NCBI GenBank assembly: GCA_963844715.1
Contig: CAWJPJ010000006.1
Span: forward strand, 192,001 to 256,000
Source of the DNA: an uncultured Phycisphaerales bacterium
Lineage (GTDB): Bacteria; Planctomycetota; Phycisphaerae; Tepidisphaerales; Tepidisphaeraceae
DNA length: 64,000 nt
Direction of reading: 5' to 3'
The notes under the pieces were generated by a model. It was not told where the DNA came from and did no database searches. It worked only from the letters and a program-made list of their open reading frames with translations. Of the stretch, positions 13,160-24,807 are shown piece by piece (positions within the stretch are counted from its first letter, which is position 1; every line of letters begins with the position of its first letter). A program made the translations under genes and the position numbers.

Positions 13160-13948
13160 ATGCCCATTTGCCCCATCCATTCCCTCGACGATCCCCGCCT
13201 CGAGCCTTACCGCAACATGAAGGACCGCGAACTGGCCCGCTTCGGCGACCGGTTCATCGCCGAAGGGGAAAACGTCGTCCGAAGACTCCTCAAAAGCTCC
13301 ATCCCGGTAGAGTCCGTTCTTCTGGTCAAAAGAAAAGTCGACCTCATCGCGCCGGTCGTCAATCCCGCCATCACCATTTTCTCCGCCGGCGACGACATCA
13401 TCGAACAACTGATCGGCTTCGAATTCCACAGCGGCGTCATGGCCTGCGGAATCCGTCCCCCGTCGGCGAACCTGGACGCAATCCTTTCTTCCGCCAAATT
13501 AATCGCCGTCTGCCAGCGCATCACCAACACAGAAAATCTTGGCTCGCTGATCAGAATATCCGCCGCCTTCGGGGCCGACGCGATGGTCGTAGGGGAAAGC
13601 TGCTGCGATCCCTTTTTCCGCCAAAGCGTCCGCGTCTCGATGGGCACGGTGTTTTCTCTTCCCCTGATCAGATCCGAAAATCTACTGACCGATCTCGATC
13701 ACATGACTGAGCTCGGCGTAGAAACCTTCGCAACCGTGCTGGACCCCGATGCCGAGCCGCTATCCCAGGTGATTCCCGCCGGAAAATCCGCCCTGGTCTT
13801 CGGAAACGAAGCCCAGGGCCTGGACTCCGAAACCATCAGCCATTGCCGCAGGCGTATAACAATCCCCATGCAATTACAAACCGACTCCCTCAACGTCGCC
13901 ATCGCCGCCGCGGTCTTCCTCTATCACTTCACGCTCCCCCCACGATGA
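13160..13948 (+). CDS. TrmH/SpoU-family RNA methyltransferase
   Basis: FIAEGENVV, NTENLGSLIRISAAFG, RVSMG, LVFGNEAQGL, IPM..DSLNVAIAAAVFLY. Confidence 0.92.
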   Translation: MPICPIHSLDDPRLEPYRNMKDRELARFGDRFIAEGENVVRRLLKSSIPVESVLLVKRKVDLIAPVVNPAITIFSAGDDIIEQLIGFEFHSGVMACGIRPPSANLDAILSSAKLIAVCQRITNTENLGSLIRISAAFGADAMVVGESCCDPFFRQSVRVSMGTVFSLPLIRSENLLTDLDHMTELGVETFATVLDPDAEPLSQVIPAGKSALVFGNEAQGLDSETISHCRRRITIPMQLQTDSLNVAIAAAVFLYHFTLPPR

Positions 13949-15125
13949 GCCTCGTCCCACGCCAGGCGGAATGCCATCTCCACATCCACCACGGCCTTGG
14001 CATTTTGCAGGGCGATCAACTGGATCATGGATAATTGTTGGCCATGCGTTGGTCCCACGTATCCAAAATACGCGGCCGGATCAAACTGGCCGCTCGCATA
14101 ACCCGCTTGCGTCGCCGCCCCGACAAACGGCAGATAATCGTAACTGGCGCCCAGGATTCGCAAGTCCCACCGAAACGGATCAAACGCCTCCACGCTCGGC
14201 CGAATCTGCGCCTTATTCTGCACCGCAATATCGCTCTGTAAATCGTTCCAGAACTCCTCCCGAAAACTCTTCCGCGGCTCGTCATCGTTCTCAAACAACT
14301 CATACTCAATATCCCCATGCGGATTGATCCCCGCCGGCAGCCGCAATGCCACCAGCGCCATCAACCCCGGCTGCGTCGTCGCATAGACCCCCTTCACATG
14401 CCCAGCGAGGTAACTCTGGCTCTGGTAATCCCCCGTCGAATGATGCGGCTGAGTCGAGTCCTCAATGTAATGCGCCAAATATCCCGCCGCCTCGAGCGCG
14501 CCTTGGGAATCATTCACCTCATCCCCCGGCCCAAACGCCGCCGCCAGTTTGTGATACATCTCCTCCACCCGCCAAGGCAAAAACCCCGCCCGCTTCCATC
14601 GCCGATCGGAAAGATTGTGGGCAATCCGCTCGACATCCGGCTTCCCCGACAAATCCGGCTTGTAATATCCAACCGAAGAAAACACCTCCAAATCCCGCCG
14701 ATGCATAAATGCTTCCGGCATCCCATAGGGCTGGATCTTCTTCATCCCAACCACTCCCCCCTTCATCCGATCCGGCATCGTCGCCCACCGATCCAGCCCG
14801 ATATCAAACGCCTCAATGTCCTCCGGATGCGCCCGACGGTCTGCTCCGTCGCCAGTTGTTTGCAATCGTCCGTTGACCACTGCATCTGCGACCGCAAAAA
14901 ATCGCGCAAACCCCGCGGCGCGGAAGGATCATCAATAATCCGCAATGCCGCGAGCCGGGTAATAAGAATATGCCCCTGATGCGCCCACCCAAAACAAACG
15001 TTGCCCATGCTCACACACGCCAAAATAAATGCAACCGCGGAGACACAGAGGCGCGGAGTTGAAAACCGGCCGTGGCGGGACAGACACGGAGGAATGGCAG
15101 AATTTGAATTAAACCCTCTTCGCAT
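13924..15125 (-). CDS. Secreted S1/P1 nuclease / Zn-dependent phospholipase C-like protein (frameshifted)
   Basis: Signal-like segment then WAHQGH; WATMPD; GFLPW; GYLAHYIEDSTQPHH; NPHGDIE putative zinc ligands. Confidence 0.75.
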
Positions 15126-15178
15126 CCGTCTTCTCCGCGTCTTCCTCCGCGCCCTCTGTGTCTCCGCGGTTGCATTTA
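15026..15178. repeat. REPIN-like element: ~33-bp inverted arms around an ~86-nt spacer
   Basis: taaatgcaaccgcggagacacagaggcgcggag (15026-15058) versus ctccgcgccctctgtgtctccgcggttgcattta (15145-15178); one indel. Confidence 0.85.
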
Positions 15179-15212
15179 GAATTTCCCTCCCCCCATGATA
15201 ACCTAACCGCCA

Positions 15213-18200
15213 ATGCGGATCGCGCTTCTGGACTTTCTACCGCGTGATTACACGGTTTCGACCCCTCGTCACGCCCCCCTGGGCGGAAGCCCATCGGCTG
15301 TTTGCTACCTGGCCGAGCAATTCGCGCGCTCCGGCCACGATACTTTCCTCGTCAATTTCACATCCGCCCCCGGCAAATACGAAGGCGTCGAACAACTAAG
15401 CTGGAGCAATTTCAAGATCGAAGACTTGAACCCTCTGGGCCTCGACGCCGCGATCATCATTCAAGCCGCCGGGCGTGGCAAATTTGTCAAAGCCGCCATC
15501 GGAAACAAAGCCCGTCTCATTCTCTTCGGCCAGGACGGCACCGATCAACCCACCGTCTGGCCCCTCCACGAACCCGCCGAACGGGATTCCTACGATGGCA
15601 TCGTGATGGTCAGCCAATGGCAGGCGGACCGATACGCCAAGGACTTCGCAATCGATCGCGCCCGCATGGCGGTCATCGGCAACGCCATTTCGCCCGTCTT
15701 CGAGAATTTGTTTCCCGCCGGCACGCCAATCCTTTCCGCCAAAAATCCCACCGCTTGGCTCGCATACACGAGCGTCCCGTATCGCGGCCTGGAAACTCTG
15801 CTCGATCTATTCCCCCATATTCAAAGCGAATTCCCGGATGCGCGCCTCGGCGTTTTCTCCAGCATGAAGGTCTACCAACCAACCGACGATAAATATGCCG
15901 CTCTTTACGAGCGCTGCCGCGCCACCCCCGGCGTTGAATACTTCGGCTCCGTCCCCCAACCCCAGTTGGCATCCTGGCTCCGCGGCGCCGCCGTCCTCAC
16001 CTATCCCAACGTCTACCCCGAAACCGCCTGCATCGCCGTCATGGAAGCCATGGCCGCCGGCTGCCACATCGTCACCGCCGATCTCGCAGCCCTCCCCGAG
16101 ACCTGCGCCGGCTTTGGCCGCCTCGTCCCGCCGGATTTCACCAATCCGGATAATCGCCGCCGCTTCGTCGCCGAAACCATCGCCGTCTTGAAGGAATTTC
16201 AGTCTTCCGAGGATGTGCTGGGCCGTCAGGTCGATTACGTAAACGGAAAATACACGTGGTCCGCCCGCGCAAAAGATTGGCTGGCCTGGCTCCCGCGATT
16301 AGAACCTCGCCACCCCGTAATCTCGATGCAAACGCTCGTCGATCTTCACGACCGCATCCGTGCCGCCGGTGCGCACTATCAAGCCGGCCGCCCCGCGGAA
16401 GCCCAGGCGATCTGCAAAGAGATTTTGCTCTCGCATCCAGATCACATCGACGCCAACAATCTGATGGGGGTCATGACCTTTCAGGCCGGGCGATCGAAAG
16501 AAGCGATCAAATTTCTCCAGCACGCCGTCAAACTCAATCCGCAGCGCCCCGATTTGCAGGTGAATCTGGGACTCGCATTCGGAAACATTGGAGCGAATGA
16601 AGAAGCCTTGGCGGCATTTCGCCTGGCGACCGACCTCCAGCCCGATTTCGCCCCCGCCTATCAAAATCTCGCCACCATTCTTCTTTCCCAAAAGCGCCCC
16701 GATCAAGCTATCCCCGCATTGCGGAAATACCTTCAGCTTCGCCCCGACGACCCCGATGCCTGGAACACGCTCGGCAACGCACTTCAGGACCAACATCAAA
16801 ACGAAGAAGCGATCGCCGCCTACCGCCGCGCCCTCGAAATCTGCCCCGACTTCGCCGCGGCGTTCTACAACCTCGGCCTATCCCTTCGCGCCGCCGGTCG
16901 CTGGGACGAAGCGGTGGGGGCCCTGCGCCAGACCGTTGCCGTCGAACCCATCTTCCCCGACGGCCACAACAATCTCGCCAGCGCACTCAAACACATCGGC
17001 CAGTTCTCCGAAGCCGAGCTTGAATATCGCAAAACCCTCGAACTGCGCCCCGATTTCGCCCAGGCCCACAGCAATCTCATCATGCTCCTGCACTACGCCC
17101 CGGGAAAGTCGCCGCAGGAAATCCTCGCCGAAATGCGCGCCTGGAACGACCAGCACGCCCGCCCGCTCGCTCACTTGCGCAAACCCCAGGATCGCAACCG
17201 AGATCCCCGCAGAAAACTTCGCATCGGCTACGTCTCCCCAGATTTCACCGGCCACATCGTCGGCCTGAATCTCCTCCCTCTATTCCTGAACCACGATCCC
17301 AACGAATTCGAAATTTATTGTTATTTCAATGGGCCAAAAGAAGACGAATTCACGCTGAATTTCAAAAAAGCCGCCGCGCGCTGCGCGATATTCGACGACT
17401 CAGCGACCAGGCCGCCGCCGAGCTCATCCGCCAGGACCAGATCGACATCCTCGTCGATCTCGCCGGCCACACCGCCGACAATCGCCTCCTCGTCTTCGCC
17501 CAAAAACCCGCCCCTATTCAAATCACCTTCGGCGGTTACCCCGGCGGCACAGGCCTGGAAACGATGGACTGGCGTCTCACCGACCCCCATCTCGATCCCC
17601 CCGGCCAAACCGAAATCCACTACGTCGAAAAGCTCTATCGCCTCCGCGACAGTTTTTGGTGCTACGATCCCGCCGCCATGATCCCAGCCGCGGAGTTGCA
17701 AATCGCCCCTTTACCCGCCTCTCAAAATGGCTTCATCACCTTCGGCTGCCTGAACAATTTTATGAAAGTCACCGAGACCACCGTCCAAGCGTGGGCCGCC
17801 ACCGTTAAGTCCGTCCCCGCCTCGCGTTTCCTCATGCTCGCGCCCGAAGGCTCACCCCGCCAGCGCATTTCGCAGATTTTCGCCCAATCCGGCGTCGCCG
17901 ATCGCCTGGAATTCGTCGGTCAGCAATATCGAAAGGACTACCTCGAAACCTATCACCGAATCGACATGGGCCTCGACACGGTCCCCTACAACGGCCACAC
18001 CACCAGTCTCGACGCCATGTGGATGGGCGTCCCCGTCCTGACGATGATCGGCTCCACAGCCGTCGGCCGCGCCGGCTTCAGCCATTTATCCAACCTCTCC
18101 TTGGCCCACTTGGCCGCCGCGCGACCCGAGGACCTCCCCAATATCGCAAAAAAACTCGCCGCCGACGTGCCTACACTGGCCGAATTGCGTTCCTCCATGC

Positions 18201-18307
18201 GCGATCGGCTTAATAGCAGTGGCCTTACCGACGGCAAGCGCTTTGCGCAAAATATCCAAAACGCCTTCCGCGATATTTGGCGTAAATGGTGCGAGCAAAC
18301 CCAATGA
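15213..18307 (+). CDS. GT4 + TPR + GT41 (SPINDLY/OGT-like) fusion glycosyltransferase; frameshift near 17370
   Basis: N-terminal PLGGS, YTSVPYRGLE, ETACIAVMEAMAAG; central TPRs; LRIGYVSPDF, IDILVDLAGHT, KPAPIQ, FGCLNNFMK, LDTVPYNGHTTSLDAMWMGVPV. Confidence 0.9.
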
Positions 18308-20174
18308 GCCAATCCGCCCAGGACATTCTCGCCCAGGCCCTGCGATTTCATCGCGCCGGACAAATCCTCCAGGCGCGCGACTGTTACAACCAGGTTCTTG
18401 CCGAGCATCCCGACCACGCCGATGCCCTCAACTTGCTCGGATACGCCACCCATCAGGCGGGTGACCCCCACGAAGCGCTCAGGCTCATTCGCAAGTCGAT
18501 TGTTCTCAATGGCTCCCGCGCGGATTATCACTGCAACCTCGGCGTGGTGCTTGCCGGGATGCACCAACACCGCGAAGCAATCGACGCCTTCCGCGCCGCC
18601 CTGGCAATCCGCCCCGACTTGGCCGAGGCATCCTACAACCTCGGCGTCTCCCTCCACGCCATCGAGCACAGAGATGAAGCGCTCGACGCTTACCGCGCCG
18701 CTCTCGCAATCAAACCCGCATGGGCCGAGGCGTGGATCAATCTAGGCAATACCCTCATGGATCTGGATCGTTTTCAGGAAGCTCTGGATGCCTTCCGCAA
18801 GGCGGCCGAACTGAATCCCCAAATGCCCGCCGCATGGTTCAACCAATCCAACGCCCTGATGAAGCTTGAGCGCTTTCAAGAGGGCATCGTTGCCGCAAAG
18901 CAGACCATCGCCCTCCAACCCGTCCATGCCAAGGCTTACAACAATCTGGGATCGCTCTACGCGGCAACCAAACGGCACAACGACGCGATCGCGGCTTTCC
19001 TATGCGCGATCGAGCAAAATCCCAATTATGCCGACGCCTTCGGCAATCTCGCCAACGCCTATCAGGCAACGGAGAATTACCCCAAAGCCATCGCCGCCGC
19101 CCGCAGTGCCATCTCCCTCGATCCGAATCACGCTCAGGCCCACGCCAATCTCGCCCACGCCTTTCTGGCCACCCATCAGCGCGCCAAGGCCCTGGACACC
19201 TACCGACAGGCCATCCGAATCGATTCCGAGTTGCCCGAAGCCCACTACACCCTCGGCGTCATGCTCCTCGCTCAGGGAGACTATCTCGCCGCCTGGGAGC
19301 ATTACGAATGGCGCTGGCAAGTAAAGGAATTCCGCAACAGCCGCCGGCCGTCAAGTCTCCCCTTATGGAACGGCGAACCCATCCAAGGCAAAAAGATTCT
19401 CCTCCAGATCGAGCAGGGATTTGGAGACCTCATCCAGTTTGCCCGGTACGTCCCCCTCGTTGCCCAGCGCGGAGCCACGGTCTATTTGGAAACTCACCGC
19501 GAATTGGCTCGTCTCATGGATTCTGTGCCCGGTGTCGAAAAAGTTATTCCGCCCGATGCGCCCCCTCCGGAAACCGAATTGCGATGCCCGCTCCTAAGCC
19601 TGCCGCGCATTTTCGGCACGACCATCGAGACCATTCCGAGCAAAGTTCCCTATTTGTGGTTCGATCCAAAACTAGCCGACAAGTGGCGCGACCGTTTGGG
19701 GGATGAAAAGCGCCTCAAGGTCGGCCTGGTCTGGACCGGCCGGCCTCGCCCCGAGCCTCGCAGATCCGTCCCCATCGATCAGCTCGCCCCCTTGGCCAAC
19801 GTGGACGCCGTCCGCTTCATCAGCCTGCAATACGGCGATGCCGCCGCCCAGGCCAAAAACGCTCCGGCCGGCCTCGTGCTGGAGGATTTCAATTCCGACA
19901 TTTCCGATTTCGCCGATACCGCCGCCCTCATGGCGAATCTCGACTTGATCATCACCATCGACACCGCCGCCGCCCATCTCGCCGGCGCCTGGCAAGGCCC
20001 GCCTGGGTCCTCCTCTGCGATCGCCCGGATTGGCGCTGGCTCGAATCCGGCCCGGCCACTCCCTGGTACCCGACGCTAAAACTCTTCCGCCAGCCCACCG
20101 AAGACGATTGGCAAACCCCGATCAAACAATTGGCCCGTGAATTGGCGGATTTGACCGCCAAGAAACGATCATGA
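18304..20174 (+). CDS. TPR-repeat protein with C-terminal GT9-like glycosyltransferase domain; frameshift near 19990
   Basis: Multiple TPRs; WEHYEWRW, EQGFGDLIQFARY, PLLSLP, LDLIITIDTAAAHLAGA, DWRW..TPWYP in the shifted frame. Confidence 0.88.
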
Positions 20175-21548
20175 GCGACCCAGCGGCTCATCTTTTCGAG
20201 CAAGCCAACCACGCCCGCAACGCCGGCAAACTCGACGAAGCCGTCTCCCTCTATCGCCAGGCCATCCAATTCTCCCCCAATTACCCCGGCGCCCACGTCA
20301 ACCTCGGCACGGTCCTGGCCATGCAAAACCGCTGGGACGAATCCGCCGCCGCCTATCGCCGCGCTGCCCAGCTCGCCCCCGGCGTTCCCGCCATCCAATA
20401 CAATCTCAGCAACGTCCTTGAAGCCGCCTGCGCCTGGGACGAAGCCCTCGAAGTCGCGCAATCCGCTTTGAACCAACGCCCCGACGATCCCCTCATGCTC
20501 CATCATCTCGGCGTAGCGCTCCATAACGTCGGAAAATTTCCCGAAGCCCCGGACGCCTATTCTCGCGCCCTCGCGCTCAAACCCGACTTCCCCATGGCCC
20601 ATTGCGACCTCGCCTCCCTCCTCATCCTCACCGGCGATTTCGAGCGCGGCTGGCGCGAATACGAATGGCGCTTCAAAGCCGTCGAACCGGGCCGATTCCA
20701 CCCCAAATTCACCGCCGCCAATTTCTGGGATGGCTCTGCTCTCCCCGGCCGCCGAATATTGATCCACACGGAAGGAGGATTCGGCGACGCCATCAACTAT
20801 TTCCGGTACGCGCCCCTTATCGCACAACGCGGCGCGCGAGTAATCGTGCGCTGCAAGCGTCCCCTCGTGGAATTATTCCGCACATTGAATGGGATCGCGG
20901 GCGTCATCTCCGACGACGAACACTTGCCCGATTTCGATCTGCACTGTCCCTTGTTCAGCCTTCCCCGGGTGATTGGCACCACCGTCGCCACCATCCCAAC
21001 AAATTCACCCTATCTTAGCGCCAGGCGCGGAAAAAGCTGCCGCGTGGAAATACCGCCTTTCAAATGACCGCATAAACGTGGGACTAATCTGGGCCGGCGC
21101 CGGCGGCCACGCTCAGGATCGTCTCCGCTCCATGCGCCTCGATGACCTCGCCCCTCTGGCGTCAACTCATGCCCGCTTTTACAGTCTCCAAAAAGGAGAA
21201 CCCTCCCGTCAGGCGCAAAACCCGTCCCGTGGATTGGATCTCACCGATTTCTCGGCGGACTTGCACGATTGGACCGACACAGCCGCCCTGATCGATACCC
21301 TTGACCTGCTCATCAGCGTAGACACCGCCGCCGCCCATTTGGCAGGCGCTCTCGCCAAGCCGGTCTGGACGGCAATACAATATGTGCCCGACCCGAGATG
21401 GCTCCTCAATCGCTCCGATACCCCCTGGTATCCCAGCATGAAGCTCTTTCGGCAGTCAAAAAGAAACGATTGGGCTGATCCAATTCAGAAAATCGCGGCC
21501 GAATTAAAGGAATTATGCGCGCATTTATCTCCGGACAAGTCGGCGTAG
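20171..21548 (+). CDS. Second TPR + GT9-like protein; frameshift near 21025
   Basis: GWREYEWR, EGGFGDAINYFRY, CPLFSLP, LDLLISVDTAAAHLAGALAKPVW, TPWYPSMKLFRQ; ATGA overlap with the previous gene. Confidence 0.88.
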
Positions 21549-22632
21549 ACAAAACCCCGTTCCTCGAAGCCGTCAAGGACCGCGCCTGCGCCCGCGGTCT
21601 CGACCTCGAGATCTGCCATGTCGGCAAGATGATGTACGAAGAAGCCCCCGACGTTCCCGCCGGCAGAATCCTCAATCTCCCCATCACCCGCCTGAATGCC
21701 CTGCTCGCGCCGTCTTCCGCGAAATTCACTCGATCGCGCAAAAGCACGAGCATCTGATCATCAACTCCCACGCCACCTTTCGCTGGCGCCACGGCTTATT
21801 CGCCGCCTTCGATTTCGATCAGATCAAAACCCTCAACCCGGACGTTTACATCACCCTCCTCGACAACGCCGAGTCCGTCCATCAGCGCCTTCTGCGGGAT
21901 AATGGCGATCTCGATCATTCGCTCAAGGACATCATGGTCTGGCGCGAGGAGGAGATGCTTGCCACCGAAATCATCGCCAACATCACGCGCGGCTTCGGCC
22001 ATTTCTTTGTCCTCGCCCGCGGCCGTCACGACGAAACCATCCCCACTCTCGACGATCTCCTCTTCCAACCCGCCAAGCGCAAGGTCTATCTCAGTTTCCC
22101 CATGACCCATGTCATGGATCAGCCTGCGACTCTGGAAAAAATCGCCGCCTTCCAAAAGGAAATGGCCCGCCACTTTATTTGCTTCAATCCCGGCGACGTC
22201 GACGAAATGCTGCTGCATATCAGCGCCGTCCGCGCCCTCGAGGCCGGCGAATCCACCATCGAAGCCACCGGCCCGCACGGGCCGATCACCCTGAAAACCA
22301 GCGAAGTCGCCCAGATCAGCTCCGACATCCTCGGCCAGACTTACGCCCGCGATTTCAAAATGATCGACCAATCCGACATGATTGTCAGCCTCATCCCCGA
22401 ACTCCCCAACGGCAAACCCGCCATCTCCAGCGGCGTGGAACGCGAACTCCACCACGCTTTCGAGGCCGGCAAAGAAGTCTTCGTCATCTGGACCTGCAAA
22501 AGCGTCCCCAGCCCCTTCGTCACCAAAACCGCCACAAGAGTCTTCAATTCCGTCGAAGAACTAACTCGCGAACTACTCGGCGACCAGAAGCCCCAACCCG
22601 GCCCCCAAAAACAACTAAAAACCGCCCAATAA
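21515..22632 (+). CDS. Fusion of an archaeal-type adenylate-kinase-like P-loop domain and a nucleoside 2-deoxyribosyltransferase(NDT)-like domain; frameshift near 21705
   Basis: N-terminal ISGQVGVDKT, IINSHATF, YITLLD, VWREEE; C-terminal KVYLSFPMT, FNP, RDFKMIDQSDMIV, SSGVERELHHAFEAGKEVFV. Confidence 0.65.
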
Positions 22633-22675
22633 CTCGCCCACGGCGGCCTACCCATTGACTGATTCAGACATTCTG

Positions 22676-22721
22676 ATTTGATTCCAGTTTCTAGTCTCTA
22701 GTTTCTAGCCTCTAGTTTCTA
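22676..22721. repeat. Heptamer tandem array (T/C)TCTAG(T/C), the target of the IS
   Basis: atttgattccagt ttctagt ctctagt ttctagc ctctagt ttcta then the IS; the last unit is completed by gt after the right-hand TA. Confidence 0.8.
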
Positions 22722-23608
22722 GGGCCTGTCTGATGAATCGCTTTTGGTTATAAATAGCGGTTTTCAGACGAGGTGTCACGGATGCGACGTTATGAGCTCA
22801 CGGATGAGCAGTACGAGTTGATCGGCGATCTGCTGCCCGGCAACGGCAAGCGCGGCGGGCAGTGGAACGACCACCGCACCACGCTCAACGGCATGTTCTG
22901 GATTCTGCACTCGGGCGCTCAATGGCGCGAGATGCCCGAACGTTACGGCAGATGGCAAAGCGTCTACGACCGCTTCAACCGCTGGAGAAAGGACGGAACG
23001 ATTGATCGAATCCTCCAGCGGCTGCAGATGAGGTTGGACAAGCAAGGACGAATCGACTGGGACCTGTGGTGCATCGACGGCACCAATGTGCGAGCCAGTC
23101 GATCCGCCGCCGGAGCCAGAAAATCAAAACCGCCCCGGAAGAACCGGCGGATCACGCGTTGGGCCGCAGCCGAGGCGGGTGGGGCAGCAAGCTCCACCTG
23201 GTTACTGACGGCCAGGGAGTTCCGCTCGCCGTCGAGGCCAGCGCCGGCCAATGCCACGAGAGCCGGTACGTGGAGCCGGTGATGAACGCGATGCGCATCG
23301 GTCGCCGCCGTCGTCGCCCCAGGAGGCTGGCGGGCGACAAGGGATACAGTTACGGAAATGTGCGGCGATGGCTGCGTCGCCACCGAATCCAAGCGGTGAT
23401 CCCGGCGAAATCGAATCAGCCGCCGCAGGAGAACTTTGATCGCAAGGCGTATCGCCGACGGAACGTGGTGGAGCGTTGCGTGAATTGGATGAAGGAGAAT
23501 CGCCGCCTGGGCACGCGTTACGAGAAACTGGCGGTGAACTTTCAGGCCATGGCCAAGCTCGCCATGATCCGTCGCTATTTCAGGATTTTGGATTCATCAG
23601 ACAGGCCC
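22722..23608 (+). mobile_element. IS5-family insertion sequence (IS427-like), 887 bp
   Basis: Perfect 18-bp TIRs GGGCCTGTCTGATGAATC (22722-22739; 23591-23608); TA duplication (22720-21, 23609-10) in a CTAG target. Confidence 0.95.
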
Positions 23609-23611
23609 TAG
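22773..23611 (+). CDS. IS5-family DDE transposase in two frames (-1 shift near 23120)
   Basis: RYELTDEQY, WILHSGAQWREMPERYG, IDGTNVRA; then LGRSRGGWGSKLHL, LAGDKGY, YRRRNVVERC, RYEKLA; stop TAG formed with target DNA. Confidence 0.93.
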
Positions 23612-23613
23612 TT

Positions 23614-24657
23614 ATGCTTTCCCTATCCGTGCCACGTCGCGACCCCACGCTCCTGCTCTGCCTCCTGGCGGCCCTGGCCGTCCATGGCGCAATTCTCGCG
23701 GCCGGCAATCGTCAGTTCCGCGCCAACCTAGGCTGGGAACTCGCCACCTCCCTCGCCCAGGCCCGGCCCCCCGCCGTCATCGCTCCCGTCCCCCGTCCCC
23801 CCGAATCCGACCAAGACCTCGGCGAAGCCAAAGGCACCGGAAAATCGATTAACTCCCTCCAGGGCGACACCCCCATGCAATCCGCAGTAGCCGACGCCGA
23901 GCAGGAACAAGCCATGGCCACCCGAGACTCCGGCTTCGGCAAGCCCTCCCGCGCCCGCCCACTGGTCCAAGCCCTTCAGGGCAGCAACCCGACCAATCCC
24001 GCCATCGCTCAACCCAAGGACATAACCTCGCCCCCGGCCCCGCGATCCGTGCGCCCGCCGCCGCCCCTGGCCCTCGTTGATCCCAAAGCCCCCGCGAACC
24101 TCTCGCCTTCGCCTAATCCTTTGGATGCCGGCCCCCTCGCGGCCAAGCCCATGCCCCCCGCGCCGCAGACTCCGCCCCAGCCGCAGGCCCAGCAGAAACC
24201 CGATCAAAACCCCGCGCAAAATCCCGACCAAACCCAATCCCCCGCCCAACCCCAGCAGCAGCAGCAAAATCCCTCCGCCGCCGCCCCCGGCGGCAAGCCC
24301 GAACCCCAGGCCACTTTCGAATCCACACCCGTCACCACCATCGCCAGTAATTACGTCGCCGGCAGAATCATCGCCCGCCCCGGCCGCAGGTTCATCACTC
24401 GCCAGCTCCCCGACCTCACCGACGCCGAACTCTACATCGATCTCCCCTCGCTCCCCCACGCCGTCGTAGGCCTGCAAATAAAAATCGCCGAAACCGGCGA
24501 AGTCACCGACGTCCAGGTCGTACACAGTTGCGGCAGCGCCGGCGTAGACGACGCCTGCCAACGCGCCGCCGCGACCTGGTGGTTCGAACCCAAAATAGAC
24601 CCGGAGACCGGCAAAGCCGTCCCCGATGAAATCCTTTTCGCGATTCGATTTAAATAA
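23614..24657 (+). CDS. TonB-like energy transducer (N-terminal TM, Pro/Gln-rich linker, TonB_C-like domain)
   Basis: LLAALAVHG anchor; PQ-rich linker; IKIAETGEVTDVQVVHSCGSAGVDDACQRAAATWWFEP. Confidence 0.72.
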   Translation: MLSLSVPRRDPTLLLCLLAALAVHGAILAAGNRQFRANLGWELATSLAQARPPAVIAPVPRPPESDQDLGEAKGTGKSINSLQGDTPMQSAVADAEQEQAMATRDSGFGKPSRARPLVQALQGSNPTNPAIAQPKDITSPPAPRSVRPPPPLALVDPKAPANLSPSPNPLDAGPLAAKPMPPAPQTPPQPQAQQKPDQNPAQNPDQTQSPAQPQQQQQNPSAAAPGGKPEPQATFESTPVTTIASNYVAGRIIARPGRRFITRQLPDLTDAELYIDLPSLPHAVVGLQIKIAETGEVTDVQVVHSCGSAGVDDACQRAAATWWFEPKIDPETGKAVPDEILFAIRFK

Positions 24658-24664
24658 GATTATT

Positions 24665-24777
24665 AACCGCCAAGCCGCCAAGCACGCCAAGACCAGAACG
24701 CCAAAAATCAATTCCTAATTTTAATCTCCAATCAACTTGGCGGAATTTATCTTGGCGTCCTCGGCGGCTTGGCGGTT
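24665..24777. repeat. REPIN-like inverted pair of the AACCGCCAAG family between convergent genes
   Basis: aaccgccaagccgccaagcacgccaag (24665-24691) versus cttggcgtcctcggcggcttggcggtt (24751-24777), 25/27 match; single arms at 46573-46599 and 44375-44400. Confidence 0.85.
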
Positions 24778-24807
24778 TTATCATCTTATTTGACCGATCG
24801 ACACGGC

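Noticed and set aside
23110..23135. Programmed -1 frameshift in the IS5 transposase
   Set aside because: The shift is -1 at an A-rich site (AGAAAATCAAAAC), plausible for this group, but there is no canonical slippery heptamer and it cannot be told apart from the background indel errors
23476..23613. Extended N-terminus of the TonB-like ORF
   Set aside because: This part lies inside the IS; the ATG at 23614 directly precedes the TM anchor
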